A stretch of DNA of 45,419 nucleotides from a bacterium (GTDB taxonomy: Bacteria; UBA9089; UBA9088; JAGUXG01), in NCBI GenBank assembly GCA_043798435.1, contig JAZDOR010000128.1:1-45419 (forward strand). Direction: 5' to 3'. Each line of letters opens with the position of its first letter. The first letter of the stretch is position 1. The position numbers and the translations under genes were made by a program. The notes beneath the pieces were generated by a model. The model ran no database searches and was not told the origin of the DNA. It worked only from the letters and a program-made list of their open reading frames with translations. This document shows positions 6,136-15,113 of the stretch, in pieces.

Positions 6136-9100
6136 ATGGGAGAGATATTAAGTAAGGCAGATGGGTTTGTTCCTGAAAGGCAAGAGACTGAAGAGGCTAT
6201 AGAGCCAGAAAGTGTTTTAGAAGAGAGTGAAGCCTTAGAGATTGAAAGACTCCTGTCAGAAATGGTCACTGTGGAAGAAGACCTTCCTGATGAGAATGAA
6301 GAAGAGGAAGAAGAGCCTGCCTATCCTGAAGAAGAGTTAGCCATAGAAGATTTACTGCTAAGACCTGAAGAAGGATTTTCTTTAGAAGATGAAGGATCGC
6401 TTACCGATGTTAAGTTATCAGGAGAAGAGTCATTAGAAACAGAAGAACCGCTACAGCCTGAAATCCCACAAGAGCCTGCAGAAGAGAGTATAGAAGATTT
6501 TTTGGGCGGTGAAGAGGCAATGCCTGAAGAACCGTTACAACCTGAAATCCAAGTAGAGACGCCTGCAGAAGAAAGCATGGAGGATATTTTGGGCAGTGAA
6601 GAAGAGACGCCTTTAGAGCTACCGCTACAACCTGAAATCCAGGTAGAGATACCCGCAGAAGAGAGCCTGGAAAATCTTTTGGGTGAAACGCCTTTAGAAT
6701 TGCCTGAAGAATCGTTACAGCCTGAAATCCAGGTAGAAGCACCTGTAGAAGAGAGTCTGGAGGATATTTTAGGCAGTGAGGAGGCAATGCCTGAAGAACC
6801 GCTACAGCCTGAAATCCAAGCAGAGGCACCCGCAGAAGAGAGTCTGGAGAATATTTTGGGTGAAATGCCTTTAGAGATACCAGAAGAACCGTTACAACCT
6901 GAAATCCAGATAGAAGCACCTGCAGAAGAGAGTCTGGAAGATCTTTTAGGTGAAACGCCTTTAGAGCTACCACTACAACCCGAAATCCAGGCAGAAACAC
7001 CCACAGAAGAGAGTCTGGAAGATCTTTTGGGTGAAGCGCCTTTAGAGTTGCCTGAAGAACCATTACAGCCTGAAATCCAAGCAGAGACATCCGCAGAAGA
7101 GAGCATAGAAGATCTTTGGGGTAGTGAAGAAGCAATGCCTGAAGAACCGCTACAACCTGAAATCCCACAAGAGCCAGCAGAAGAGAGCCTGGAAGATATT
7201 TTGGATGAAACGCCTTTAGAATTGCCTGAAGAACCGTTACAATCTGAAATCCAGGCAGAGACACCCGCAGAAGAGAGCCTGGAAGATCTTTTGGGTGAAA
7301 CGCCTTTAGAGTTACCAGAAGAACCGCTACAGCCTGAAATCCAGGCAGAGACATCCGCAGAAGAAAGTCTGGAGGATATTTTGGGTGGTGAAGAAGAGAC
7401 GCCTTTAGAGCTACCGCTACAGCCTGAAATCCAGGTAGAAACACCTGCAGAAGAGAGTCTGGAGGATATTTTGGGTGAAACGCCTTTAGAGTTACCAGAA
7501 GAACCGTTACAACCTGAAATCCAGGCAGAGACACCCGCAGAAGAGAGTCTGGAGGATATTTTGGGTGATGAGGAGGAAATGCCTTTAGATCTACCAGAAG
7601 AAGAATCCACCTTTCCTGAAAAAACAATGGAGGACTCATTAAAATCAGAAGAAGTATCTGCTATTGAACCACCTTTGGAAGGAGAGAGGATGGAGATGGC
7701 TGCTCTTCTTAGACCAGAGGAGAAAAAACAGCCCTCGAAAAAGAAAACCTTCTCTATAAAAAAGAGATATGTTGTTATTCCCATCATCATAGCTATAGCT
7801 GCTATTCCTGTCTGGCTTTTCTATTCAACAAAAAATACCTTAGAAAAAGGCTTACTCAAGGTAAGTGAAGGAAAGACAGAAGAGGCAGAGAAAAGCCTTG
7901 ATAAGGGTCTCCAATTTCTCATCTTCAAAAAGGAAAAGGCTTCTTGGTATCAAAGGTTTGGAGAGGAGTATAAGAAGATAGGCAGGTCTGACCTTGCCTC
8001 CAAAAAGTTTTCTGAAAGTTTAAGCATTTGTCCAACAGACAGAAAGATGCAGGATTATATATTAAATCCCATCATAGCCAGGAAGGAATATAAAGAGGTA
8101 GAGGAGATAGCAAACCATATTCTTGAAAAAGACCCGAGAAGTGTCTCTGCCCATATTGCTTTAGCCAAAGTAGCCCTTGCCAAAGAAAAGCCTGAAACAG
8201 CCATCAACTACCTGAAGAATGGTGCATTAAAGATAAAGATAGATGACATTCCATCGCTCTCTCTCCTGATGGAGGTCTATTTTGATGAGAAAAAGTATGC
8301 TGAGCTTATCAGCATCCATCGTCTTTGCATAGACACCCTTAAGATTAAGAAGCCACTCAACCCTAAAATGCTGACTAAGGCAGCAGAAGCCTTTATTTCT
8401 GACCAAAAGCTCAATATAGCTACACCTGTATTAGAAGAAGTGGTGAGGGGTTATCCTGAAGAGGTAGAGGCAAGGTATCTTTTGGCATCTGTCAGGGTAA
8501 AGGAAAAGAGAACAGAGGAGGCAAAGAAGGAGATTGCTGAGGTCTTCAAAAGGGATAGCAAACATCCATTGGCACATAACCTTCTTGGAAAAATACTGCG
8601 AGATGAAAAAGAGTATGCGGGTGCTCTCAAGCATTTCCTCGCAGCCGTAGAAAAAGATCCTAATTTAACAGAGGCTCACCTTTCCATAGCTGACCTATCC
8701 TATCTTCATTTTAATGACTATCTCTCAAGTATTAAGCATTATAACTCTGCTTTGACTGGAGGGCTTACCTCGGAAAAGACTCTTTATAGCTTAGGGGCAT
8801 CATACTATTTTAATGGAGAGTATGAAAAGTCGGCTAATATTTGGGGGCGTCTTGATAAATCTCCTGAGCTCCTCTGCAATATAGGAAATAGCCATTTGAG
8901 AAGCGGAAAACTTAAGGTAGCAGAAGGAGAATACAAAGAATCAGCCCAACTTTTCAAGGAGAAGCTAAGAAAGGAGAGGCTATCTCCATCTGATAGACAG
9001 AAAACCTACTCTTATTTGGCAGACACTTACAACAATATTGGGCTCATCTTAGAGCTTAAAGGAGAGACTGAAAGAGCTCAAGATGCCTACTTTGATGCTG

Positions 9101-9261
9101 TCAACACAGGAAAGCTGGCTAAGATTGAACACAGGGAAGGCTACCAGAACCTTATAAATCTACTGAAAGGCGAAAAAAATACAATATCCTTTGGCATTTC
9201 TGGCAAGATTGAGAAGGAATTGGTGAAAATAGGGCAGGAGGTAGGAGGTAGTAGTCATTAG
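6136..9261 (+). CDS. Membrane-anchored TPR protein with a very acidic N-terminal tandem-repeat region
   Basis: 13 repeats of about 30 aa (LQPEIQAETPAEESLEDILGETPLELPEEP). Basic stretch KKQPSKKKTFSIKKRY followed by a TM helix (VVIPIIIAIAAIPVWLFY). About 480 aa of TPR-like helical repeats. Confidence 0.8.
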   Translation: MGEILSKADGFVPERQETEEAIEPESVLEESEALEIERLLSEMVTVEEDLPDENEEEEEEPAYPEEELAIEDLLLRPEEGFSLEDEGSLTDVKLSGEESLETEEPLQPEIPQEPAEESIEDFLGGEEAMPEEPLQPEIQVETPAEESMEDILGSEEETPLELPLQPEIQVEIPAEESLENLLGETPLELPEESLQPEIQVEAPVEESLEDILGSEEAMPEEPLQPEIQAEAPAEESLENILGEMPLEIPEEPLQPEIQIEAPAEESLEDLLGETPLELPLQPEIQAETPTEESLEDLLGEAPLELPEEPLQPEIQAETSAEESIEDLWGSEEAMPEEPLQPEIPQEPAEESLEDILDETPLELPEEPLQSEIQAETPAEESLEDLLGETPLELPEEPLQPEIQAETSAEESLEDILGGEEETPLELPLQPEIQVETPAEESLEDILGETPLELPEEPLQPEIQAETPAEESLEDILGDEEEMPLDLPEEESTFPEKTMEDSLKSEEVSAIEPPLEGERMEMAALLRPEEKKQPSKKKTFSIKKRYVVIPIIIAIAAIPVWLFYSTKNTLEKGLLKVSEGKTEEAEKSLDKGLQFLIFKKEKASWYQRFGEEYKKIGRSDLASKKFSESLSICPTDRKMQDYILNPIIARKEYKEVEEIANHILEKDPRSVSAHIALAKVALAKEKPETAINYLKNGALKIKIDDIPSLSLLMEVYFDEKKYAELISIHRLCIDTLKIKKPLNPKMLTKAAEAFISDQKLNIATPVLEEVVRGYPEEVEARYLLASVRVKEKRTEEAKKEIAEVFKRDSKHPLAHNLLGKILRDEKEYAGALKHFLAAVEKDPNLTEAHLSIADLSYLHFNDYLSSIKHYNSALTGGLTSEKTLYSLGASYYFNGEYEKSANIWGRLDKSPELLCNIGNSHLRSGKLKVAEGEYKESAQLFKEKLRKERLSPSDRQKTYSYLADTYNNIGLILELKGETERAQDAYFDAVNTGKLAKIEHREGYQNLINLLKGEKNTISFGISGKIEKELVKIGQEVGGSSH
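6440..7605 (+). repeat. Coding tandem repeat, about 84-105 bp unit, 13 copies
   Basis: The motif ccgct/ttacaRcctgaaatccaRgYagaR recurs 13 times. Unit length varies through GSEEAMP and GGEEETPLELP variants. It generates long spurious antisense ORFs. Confidence 0.9.
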
Positions 9262-9290
9262 TCATTGGTCATTAGTCATTAGTCATTGGG
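9253..9290 (+). repeat. Heptamer microsatellite (tagtcat/tggtcat, 5 copies) spanning the stop codon of the TPR gene
   Basis: gtagtcattagtcattggtcattagtcattagtcattgg read directly. Confidence 0.8.
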
Positions 9291-9327
9291 TAATAGACAA
9301 TAGGTAGGAAGCAAGACAGGAGCAGAG

Positions 9328-9864
9328 ATGAAGCTACAGATAAAAAAATATGGTCATCCTATATTGAGAAAAATAGCAGAGCCAATCAAAGAGATTGATG
9401 GGGAGATAATAGGGTTTGCCTCTAATATGTGTGCGACTATAGCCTCTTTTAATGCTATAGGGCTTTCTGCAAATCAGGCTGGAAAGGCAAAAAGAATCTT
9501 TGTGGCAAAAAATGAAGAGAGGCTATTAGTCTTCATCAACCCTAAGATAATAAGCCAGACAGGTGCGGAAATAGCAACAGAGGGATGCCTTAGCTTCCCA
9601 GGGCTATTTGGTGAGATTGAGAGGGCAATAACGGTCGTGGTTAGTGCCATCAGCCTACAGGGAAAGGAGATTAAAATTATAGCCAGAGATCTTTTAGCCC
9701 GAGCCATCCAGCATGAAATAGACCACCTTGATGGAATCCTGTTTATTGACCGAGCAGATAAGAAAGAGAGAAAGAGGATGCTTTCACAGTGGAAAGAGAT
9801 AAAATGTAACCGTTCAGGTAGTATAAGATGGAGAAATGGAGAAAGAGGAGAATTGAAGAAATAG
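9328..9864 (+). CDS. def: Peptide deformylase
   Basis: The three PDF motifs are present (GLSANQAG, EGCLSFPG, QHEIDHLDG). The last ~19 codons (CNRSGSIRWRNGERGELKK) are read out of the adjacent repeat element. Confidence 0.92.
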   Translation: MKLQIKKYGHPILRKIAEPIKEIDGEIIGFASNMCATIASFNAIGLSANQAGKAKRIFVAKNEERLLVFINPKIISQTGAEIATEGCLSFPGLFGEIERAITVVVSAISLQGKEIKIIARDLLARAIQHEIDHLDGILFIDRADKKERKRMLSQWKEIKCNRSGSIRWRNGERGELKK

Positions 9865-10014
9865 GACGCAGATTAACGCTGATTTACAAGATAGGAATTA
9901 AATAAGAATCTGCGCTAATCCTGAAAAATCCTGAAAATCTGCGTTCTAATTCTTCCCCATCTTCTCCCTTTCTCCTTTCTTCCTGCATCTTAAAATATAG
10001 CCGCGAACAGTTAC
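9806..10014 (+). repeat. Class-1 word-hairpin element (termini GTAACCGTTCAGG ... CGCGAACAGTTAC)
   Basis: Imperfect terminal inverted repeats. Internal arms use ggagaa/ttctcc and gcagat/atctgc words. Inverted paralog at 1-118. Same termini as 11998-12158, 36196-36340 and 40875-41029. Confidence 0.8.
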
Positions 10015-10022
10015 GAATTTAA

Positions 10023-10979
10023 TTGAAAAAAATGATAAACTATCAGAAACCACTTATATGGAAAGATGGGGTCTTAGAAATTCTTGACCAGAGAAGGCTT
10101 CCAGAAGAGGTTACATGGATTTCCTGTAAAACGGACAAAGATGTTGCCGAGGCGATAAAATCAATGGCGATAAGGGGAGCACCAGCCATAGGTGTTGCAG
10201 CAGGCTATGGGGTCGCTCTAAGTCCTGACCCTATCTCAGCTATTGAGGTCTTGAGAAATACAAGACCTACGGCAAAAAATCTATTCTATGCCTTAGATAA
10301 AATGAAAAAAGGCATAGAAGAAAAGGAATGTCTCCTCTCTTTAGCCAAAAGGATAGAGGCTGAAGAGGAAGAGAGAGACTTGAAAATAGCAGAATATGGA
10401 CTTTCTCTTATAAAGGACGAAGCATCTATTCTCACCCATTGTAATGCTGGACCCCTTGCCACAGTAGGGATTGGAACGGCACTCGGTCCAATATTACTTG
10501 CCAAAGACAGGGGCATAAAGATAAAGGTCTTTGCCACAGAGACAAGACCTGTGAGACAGGGTGCCAGGATTACAATGTGGGAGCTTACCAGGGCAGATGT
10601 TCCAGCAACATTGATTACAGATACAGCTGTGGGTTACATTATGAGCAAAGGCTTTGTGGATGCAGTCTTTGTTGGTGCGGATAGGATTGCCAGAAATGGA
10701 GATACAGCAAATAAGATAGGCACATACCAGATAGCTGTGCTGGCAAGGTTTCACAACCTCCCATTCTATGTAGCTGCTCCCTCTTCAACTGTGGATATTG
10801 ATTGTCCAGGCGGAGATGAGATTGTGATTGAAGAAAGACCCAAAGAAGAGGTTACACATTATGACTTTCCTGCCATAAACCCAGCCTTTGATGTTACGCC
10901 TGCCTCACTTATCACCAGGATAATCACAGAGGATGGAATATTTGAGCCACGAGATAACTTTCAGATTCAATATGATTAA
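10023..10979 (+). CDS. mtnA: S-methyl-5-thioribose-1-phosphate isomerase (eIF-2B alpha/beta/delta family)
   Basis: LEILDQRRLPEE, IKSMAIRGAPAIGVAAGYG, THCNAG, GADRIARNGDTANKIGTY. TTG start at 10023, or ATG at 10032. Confidence 0.85.
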   Translation: MKKMINYQKPLIWKDGVLEILDQRRLPEEVTWISCKTDKDVAEAIKSMAIRGAPAIGVAAGYGVALSPDPISAIEVLRNTRPTAKNLFYALDKMKKGIEEKECLLSLAKRIEAEEEERDLKIAEYGLSLIKDEASILTHCNAGPLATVGIGTALGPILLAKDRGIKIKVFATETRPVRQGARITMWELTRADVPATLITDTAVGYIMSKGFVDAVFVGADRIARNGDTANKIGTYQIAVLARFHNLPFYVAAPSSTVDIDCPGGDEIVIEERPKEEVTHYDFPAINPAFDVTPASLITRIITEDGIFEPRDNFQIQYD

Positions 10980-11019
10980 ATCTTTGAAATTCTCAGCGAG
11001 CCCTAAAGGTGAGATTCTA

Positions 11020-11901
11020 TCATTCACTCAGCCAGGACGGAGAGAAGAGCTTGTAACAGAGCAAGATATTGACTGTCTTTACATATTCAACCTGTTCAGG
11101 GGTCAAGCCTGATAAATCTTGCTCTTTGCCATCCATTGCATCATAAACAACCTGTTGCAGGTCTGGTCTTTTGCCTTTGGCTATCTCCATTAGCTTTTCA
11201 TCTTCAGCATCCACAATGGCTGATCTCATCCCCTGTCTTTCTGCCATAATCAGGAGCGTGCGATTGATTATGGGCCTGAGCTCTGCTGGCACACCATTTG
11301 AAGCATTGGAGAGACCACAGGTGGTTTTACACCCGGGTGCTATCTCCTCAAACATCGGTACAGACTCTATCATAAATTTGACTGCATCCTGCTGAAAGGC
11401 GATGGGTGGAGTAAATGGGTCAAACCAGAGATCTTCATTCGCCACCTCATACTCCATAGCCTTTCCTATCAGCTCTGCGGCTAACATTCCCCGCTCATCA
11501 TTATCCCTCGGAAGACCCTGACCGCTTATAAGCAAACAGACGCATCCCGCATTATACTTCTTCGCCAAAGGAAATAATGCGTCCATCCTCTCTGGAATAC
11601 AGGAGATAGAGTTTATAACCGCAGGCTGTTTTACAATCTGCAATCCCCTTTCTATAGCCTGAATGTTCAGGGTGTCAAGAAATAAGGGAAGGTCGGAGAC
11701 TTCCTGCACCTGCTTAACTATCCATTCCATAATCTCAGGACCCTCCTTGCTTGCCGGACCTATATTTAAGTCAATATAGTCCGCACCTTCCTTCGTTGCC
11801 ATAACAGCTATCCCCTGAATAGTCTTTGCATCTCTTTCTTTGATGGCGGTCTTTACCCTGCCAGAGATGACATGAATATTCTCTGCCACACAAATAACCA
11901 T
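11020..11901 (-). CDS. Pterin-binding methyltransferase, methyltetrahydrofolate:corrinoid (MeTr/AcsE)-like
   Basis: DHPS-like TIM-barrel signature: GADYIDLNIGPA, INSIS, CGLSNASNGVP..RP.INRTLL.MA...GM.SAIVD. Strong AAGGAGG SD upstream. Confidence 0.65.
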   Translation of the reverse strand: MVICVAENIHVISGRVKTAIKERDAKTIQGIAVMATKEGADYIDLNIGPASKEGPEIMEWIVKQVQEVSDLPLFLDTLNIQAIERGLQIVKQPAVINSISCIPERMDALFPLAKKYNAGCVCLLISGQGLPRDNDERGMLAAELIGKAMEYEVANEDLWFDPFTPPIAFQQDAVKFMIESVPMFEEIAPGCKTTCGLSNASNGVPAELRPIINRTLLIMAERQGMRSAIVDAEDEKLMEIAKGKRPDLQQVVYDAMDGKEQDLSGLTPEQVEYVKTVNILLCYKLFSPSWLSE

Positions 11902-11946
11902 ATCTACACCTCCTTTTTAATAGTAAGCACTAAGAACTTGTCTATA

Positions 11947-11975
11947 AATATACCGAGAATAAATCAGGTTTCCAA
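11947..11975 (-). promoter_or_regulatory. Putative sigma70 promoter of the MeTr-like gene, formed by a solo class-2 terminus
   Basis: On the minus strand: TTGGAA (11970-11975), 17 nt (ACCTGATTTATTCTCGG), TATATT (11947-11952), 45 nt upstream of the ATG at 11901. Confidence 0.55.
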
Positions 11976-11997
11976 AAAAAATTGATTACCTTTTATC

Positions 11998-12158
11998 GTA
12001 ACCGTTCAGGCTATACATCAAGAGTGTAAGAAGGGGGATAAGGAGATAATGGGGATATGGAGATATTCATTTTTAATTCTTAATTTTTAATTCAAAATTT
12101 TATCCCCTTATCTCCATAATCTCTATATCTCCTTTTTTTACACTACCGCAGCGATTAC
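11998..12158 (+). repeat. Class-1 word-hairpin element with ggagataagg/ccttatctcc core
   Basis: Termini gtaaccgttcaggctatacatcaagagtgtaag ... ttacactaccgcagcgattac. Inverted paralog at 36196-36340, related copy at 40875-41029. Confidence 0.85.
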
Positions 12159-12175
12159 CTTTTATCTCTATCCCC

Positions 12176-14506
12176 TCACATAATCCTTTCCATAATTATC
12201 TGAAGCCTCTGGTTCACTCTATCTATCAAAAGGTCTGCACGCTGTTTTATCTCCTTTCTCTGCTCGTCTGTATTCTCAACCAACCTCTTTACCAGATCAT
12301 TCCTTGTCCAGTTTGAGCCAGGAGGAATCAAAGAGGTCACATATCTTAAGGTCTTTTCGTCTAAGTTGGAAAGCCTTGTATTGACTGCTTCTATAGCTGT
12401 TTCATTTTGCAGGGCAGGCATTCCACCTCCTCCTTCTGGCACAGGAACAGGGTATGAGGCTGGATATGAAGGATATGGAGATGATGCACCAAATTGCTCG
12501 GAAGAGACTTCGGGTAATTCTTCAGGTAATGCTTCAGACAATTCCATCGTCTCTGTTCTTATGGGAACTAAAGGTGTAGAACCAAAGAATCCAGTCTCCC
12601 TTTTTTTGACACCAAGACGCTCTATTATCTGACTGACAGCAGGAGAGCCAACCTTTCCGAGTGCCTCAGTGGCTGCCTTACTCACCCTTTGGTCTGAATC
12701 AGCCAATGCCCTGGCTAAAGCAGGAACTGCCTTCTGACTCCTTGTCTCACCAAGGGCTTGAGCTGCTGCCTGCCTTATATACCACTCGTTATCTGAAAGC
12801 CTTTCAATCAATGCTGGAACAGCATCCTTGCTCTTTATCTGACCCAGGGCAGTCACATACGCCTTTCTCACATAAGGATGATAATCGCCAATCTGGGTGA
12901 GAGCCTTGATGAGTGCAGGGGCTGCTGTCTCCTGGTCGTCTGTCTGTCCCAGAGCAAGTGCTGCTGCCTCCCGGACATACCATTTGTCATCCTCTAAGGC
13001 ATGGACAAGTGAAGAGACTGCCTCTTTTCCAATCTTTCCTAAGGCTTGAGTAGATGCTTCTCTTACATACGGATGGCTGTCTGAAAGGGCTTTTATCAGA
13101 TGAGGAATGGCAGGCTTTCCAATAGTTCCTAAGGCGGTAGATGCACCCTCTCTCACATAAAGATTTCCATCTCCCAATGCCCTGATACATCTGGTAATGG
13201 CTGGTTCACCTATTCTGATCAGGGCTTGAATAACTGCTTTTCTTACATAAGGATGGCTATCTCCAAGCCTCTCTATCAAGGGAGGTATTAAATCTGGGTG
13301 CTTCAGTTGTCCGCAAGCAATAGCTACTGTCTCTCTGGCATAAGGATGAGAATGACTTAAGCCCTGGGTAAGTGTGGGAATCACCACTTCTCCCATCTTA
13401 GCTAAAGCTGTGGCTGTAGCAATACGCAAACTTTTATTTGAACTGTCTAAAGTAGCAGAAAGGGCTTGAATCGTCTCTGACCTACCAAGCTCTCCCAGGG
13501 TAATAATGCAAGCACTCTTTACGCTCTCATCATCATCTATGACCAACCTTTTAGCTATGGCCCCGGCTGCGATTTCTGCCTTCAGGTCTTTCAGAATAAT
13601 TATAGCTGTCCTTCTAACCACAGCATCTTTATCTTCAAGTGCTTTTGTTATGGTTGCGACAGCATCTTCTTCACCTATCTCAGATAAGGCAAGGAGGGTT
13701 CCTGCCCGAACTTCAGGGTTAGGGTCCTTTATCTTCTTTCCAAGTTTTGCTACTGCAGAGCTCCCAATCTTTCCTATAGCTTTAGCTACAGACTTTCTGA
13801 CTGATGGGTCAGGGTCAGCCAGGTTATTGACCAGAATATTTATTGATTTTCCTCCTATCCTGCCTAATGATTGAATAACTACATCTCTCATTTCTGGGTC
13901 TTCATCGCTTAAGAGCAAAGATAAAGGAGAGATAGCCTTTTCTGATTTTATTCTTCCCAGAGCCTGGATAGCAGCAGTCTTTACAGTCCTACTGCTGTCT
14001 GAAAGGCGAAAGAGAATGTCATCAACACTTTTTTCGTCCTGCAAGAGACCCAGCGAAGAGACCACTGCCTCTCGGACAAGGGGTTCGTTATCCTTCAGGA
14101 GATTTCGTAAGGGCTCTAATGCTCGCTTGTCTTCTAATTGACCGAGGGTGATGGCAGCCTGGCGACGGATAAACTTTTCCTCATCTCCTAATCTTTCAAT
14201 AATAACAGGAATAGCCTTTTCTCCCCTGATTCTACCGAGTGCCTCTAAAACAGAAAGGGTCGTAGTTCTGTCACTTATCTCGGAAAGGGTTTCAATCAGG
14301 GCAGGGATAGCTTCTTTTCCTATTTGAGATAGAGCTAAAATTGCAGCCTGCCTTACCTCGCCATGAGGATCAGACAAGGCTCTCATAAGCTCTGGAATGG
14401 CCGGGAGACCTATGTGCCCTAAAGCTAAAGCTGCGGCTTGACGAATATGAAGCCTGTCATCCTTGAGCTGTGGCATTATATCGCCAACTTTAACTATATC
14501 TGGCAT
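12176..14506 (-). CDS. HEAT-repeat (PBS-lyase type) protein
   Basis: More than 20 repeats of the pattern D.. .VR..AA.ALG.IG...A...L...L.D. Pro/Tyr-rich linker and a helical C-terminus. The likely start is the ATG at 14506 (MPDIVKV). The ORF-track extension to 14620 looks non-genuine (no coding signature). Confidence 0.8.
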   Translation of the reverse strand: MPDIVKVGDIMPQLKDDRLHIRQAAALALGHIGLPAIPELMRALSDPHGEVRQAAILALSQIGKEAIPALIETLSEISDRTTTLSVLEALGRIRGEKAIPVIIERLGDEEKFIRRQAAITLGQLEDKRALEPLRNLLKDNEPLVREAVVSSLGLLQDEKSVDDILFRLSDSSRTVKTAAIQALGRIKSEKAISPLSLLLSDEDPEMRDVVIQSLGRIGGKSINILVNNLADPDPSVRKSVAKAIGKIGSSAVAKLGKKIKDPNPEVRAGTLLALSEIGEEDAVATITKALEDKDAVVRRTAIIILKDLKAEIAAGAIAKRLVIDDDESVKSACIITLGELGRSETIQALSATLDSSNKSLRIATATALAKMGEVVIPTLTQGLSHSHPYARETVAIACGQLKHPDLIPPLIERLGDSHPYVRKAVIQALIRIGEPAITRCIRALGDGNLYVREGASTALGTIGKPAIPHLIKALSDSHPYVREASTQALGKIGKEAVSSLVHALEDDKWYVREAAALALGQTDDQETAAPALIKALTQIGDYHPYVRKAYVTALGQIKSKDAVPALIERLSDNEWYIRQAAAQALGETRSQKAVPALARALADSDQRVSKAATEALGKVGSPAVSQIIERLGVKKRETGFFGSTPLVPIRTETMELSEALPEELPEVSSEQFGASSPYPSYPASYPVPVPEGGGGMPALQNETAIEAVNTRLSNLDEKTLRYVTSLIPPGSNWTRNDLVKRLVENTDEQRKEIKQRADLLIDRVNQRLQIIMERIM

Positions 14507-14734
14507 TATGATAATAAGTGTATGGAAAAAAAAGAAGCAAGTCAAGAAGAATGTAAACTGCGATTCAGAATATAAAGATGATAACGACGGCTGTTTAGAA
14601 TGGGAAATAAGTAATATCAACGCTCCAAACCTGATTCGACATAAACCGTCTGTCCTTTAAAACAAAAACGAGTCAAACCTTGCCGTTGCTGGGATGGTTC
14701 ATTTTATCGTTTTTCCCTATGATTTCTTTTGGAA

Positions 14735-15045
14735 ATTGGAAATTAGAAATTGGGAAGAAAAGATTCTGCTTCTGTGCTATACCTAAAAGAAATTGGTTTA
14801 CAAAAAAGTAACTACTCAGGTTCAAGGATTAAAAAGTTCACGGTTCAAGGTTCACGGTTAATCCTCTTATTCTCTAACCTTGAACTTTGAACCTCAGAAC
14901 TATAAACGAATCAGGTTCAAGGTTCACGGTTAATCCTCTTATTCTCTAACCTTGAACTTTGAACCTCAGAACCATAAACGAACACAATTTTTGCAAACCT
15001 GATTTATTTAGGTATAATTTCAAATTTCTAATTTCAACTTCATCT
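14735..15045. repeat. Composite class-2 element: nested inverted repeats with a 72-bp internal tandem duplication
   Basis: Outer gaaattagaaatt / aatttctaatttc. Termini tatacctaaaagaaattggtttacaaaaaa (14778) and tttttgcaaacctgatttatttaggtata (to 15016). The ggttcaagg...ccttgaac hairpin is present twice (14842-14910, 14914-14982). Confidence 0.85.
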
Positions 15046-15113
15046 TTTAACCGCAAGATTTCAAACAAAAGTGAACCGTCCTAATCTTCTTCTATTTAGC
15101 GTCTTTTCTTCAC

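Noticed and set aside
6321-7790. Long antisense ORFs (489 aa and 409 aa) opposite the acidic-repeat region.
   Set aside because: They are Ser/Gly/Leu-rich mirror images of the GAA/GAG-rich sense repeats. They have no start context or domain and exist only because the repeat lacks stop codons in the reverse frames.
14735-15045. CRISPR array (considered also for 43336-43571 and 45278-45419).
   Set aside because: The repeats are either two adjacent copies with no unique spacers, palindromic MITE-like units, or a 14-bp perfect tandem. None has the 25-40-bp repeat and unique-spacer periodicity of CRISPR, and no cas genes are present.
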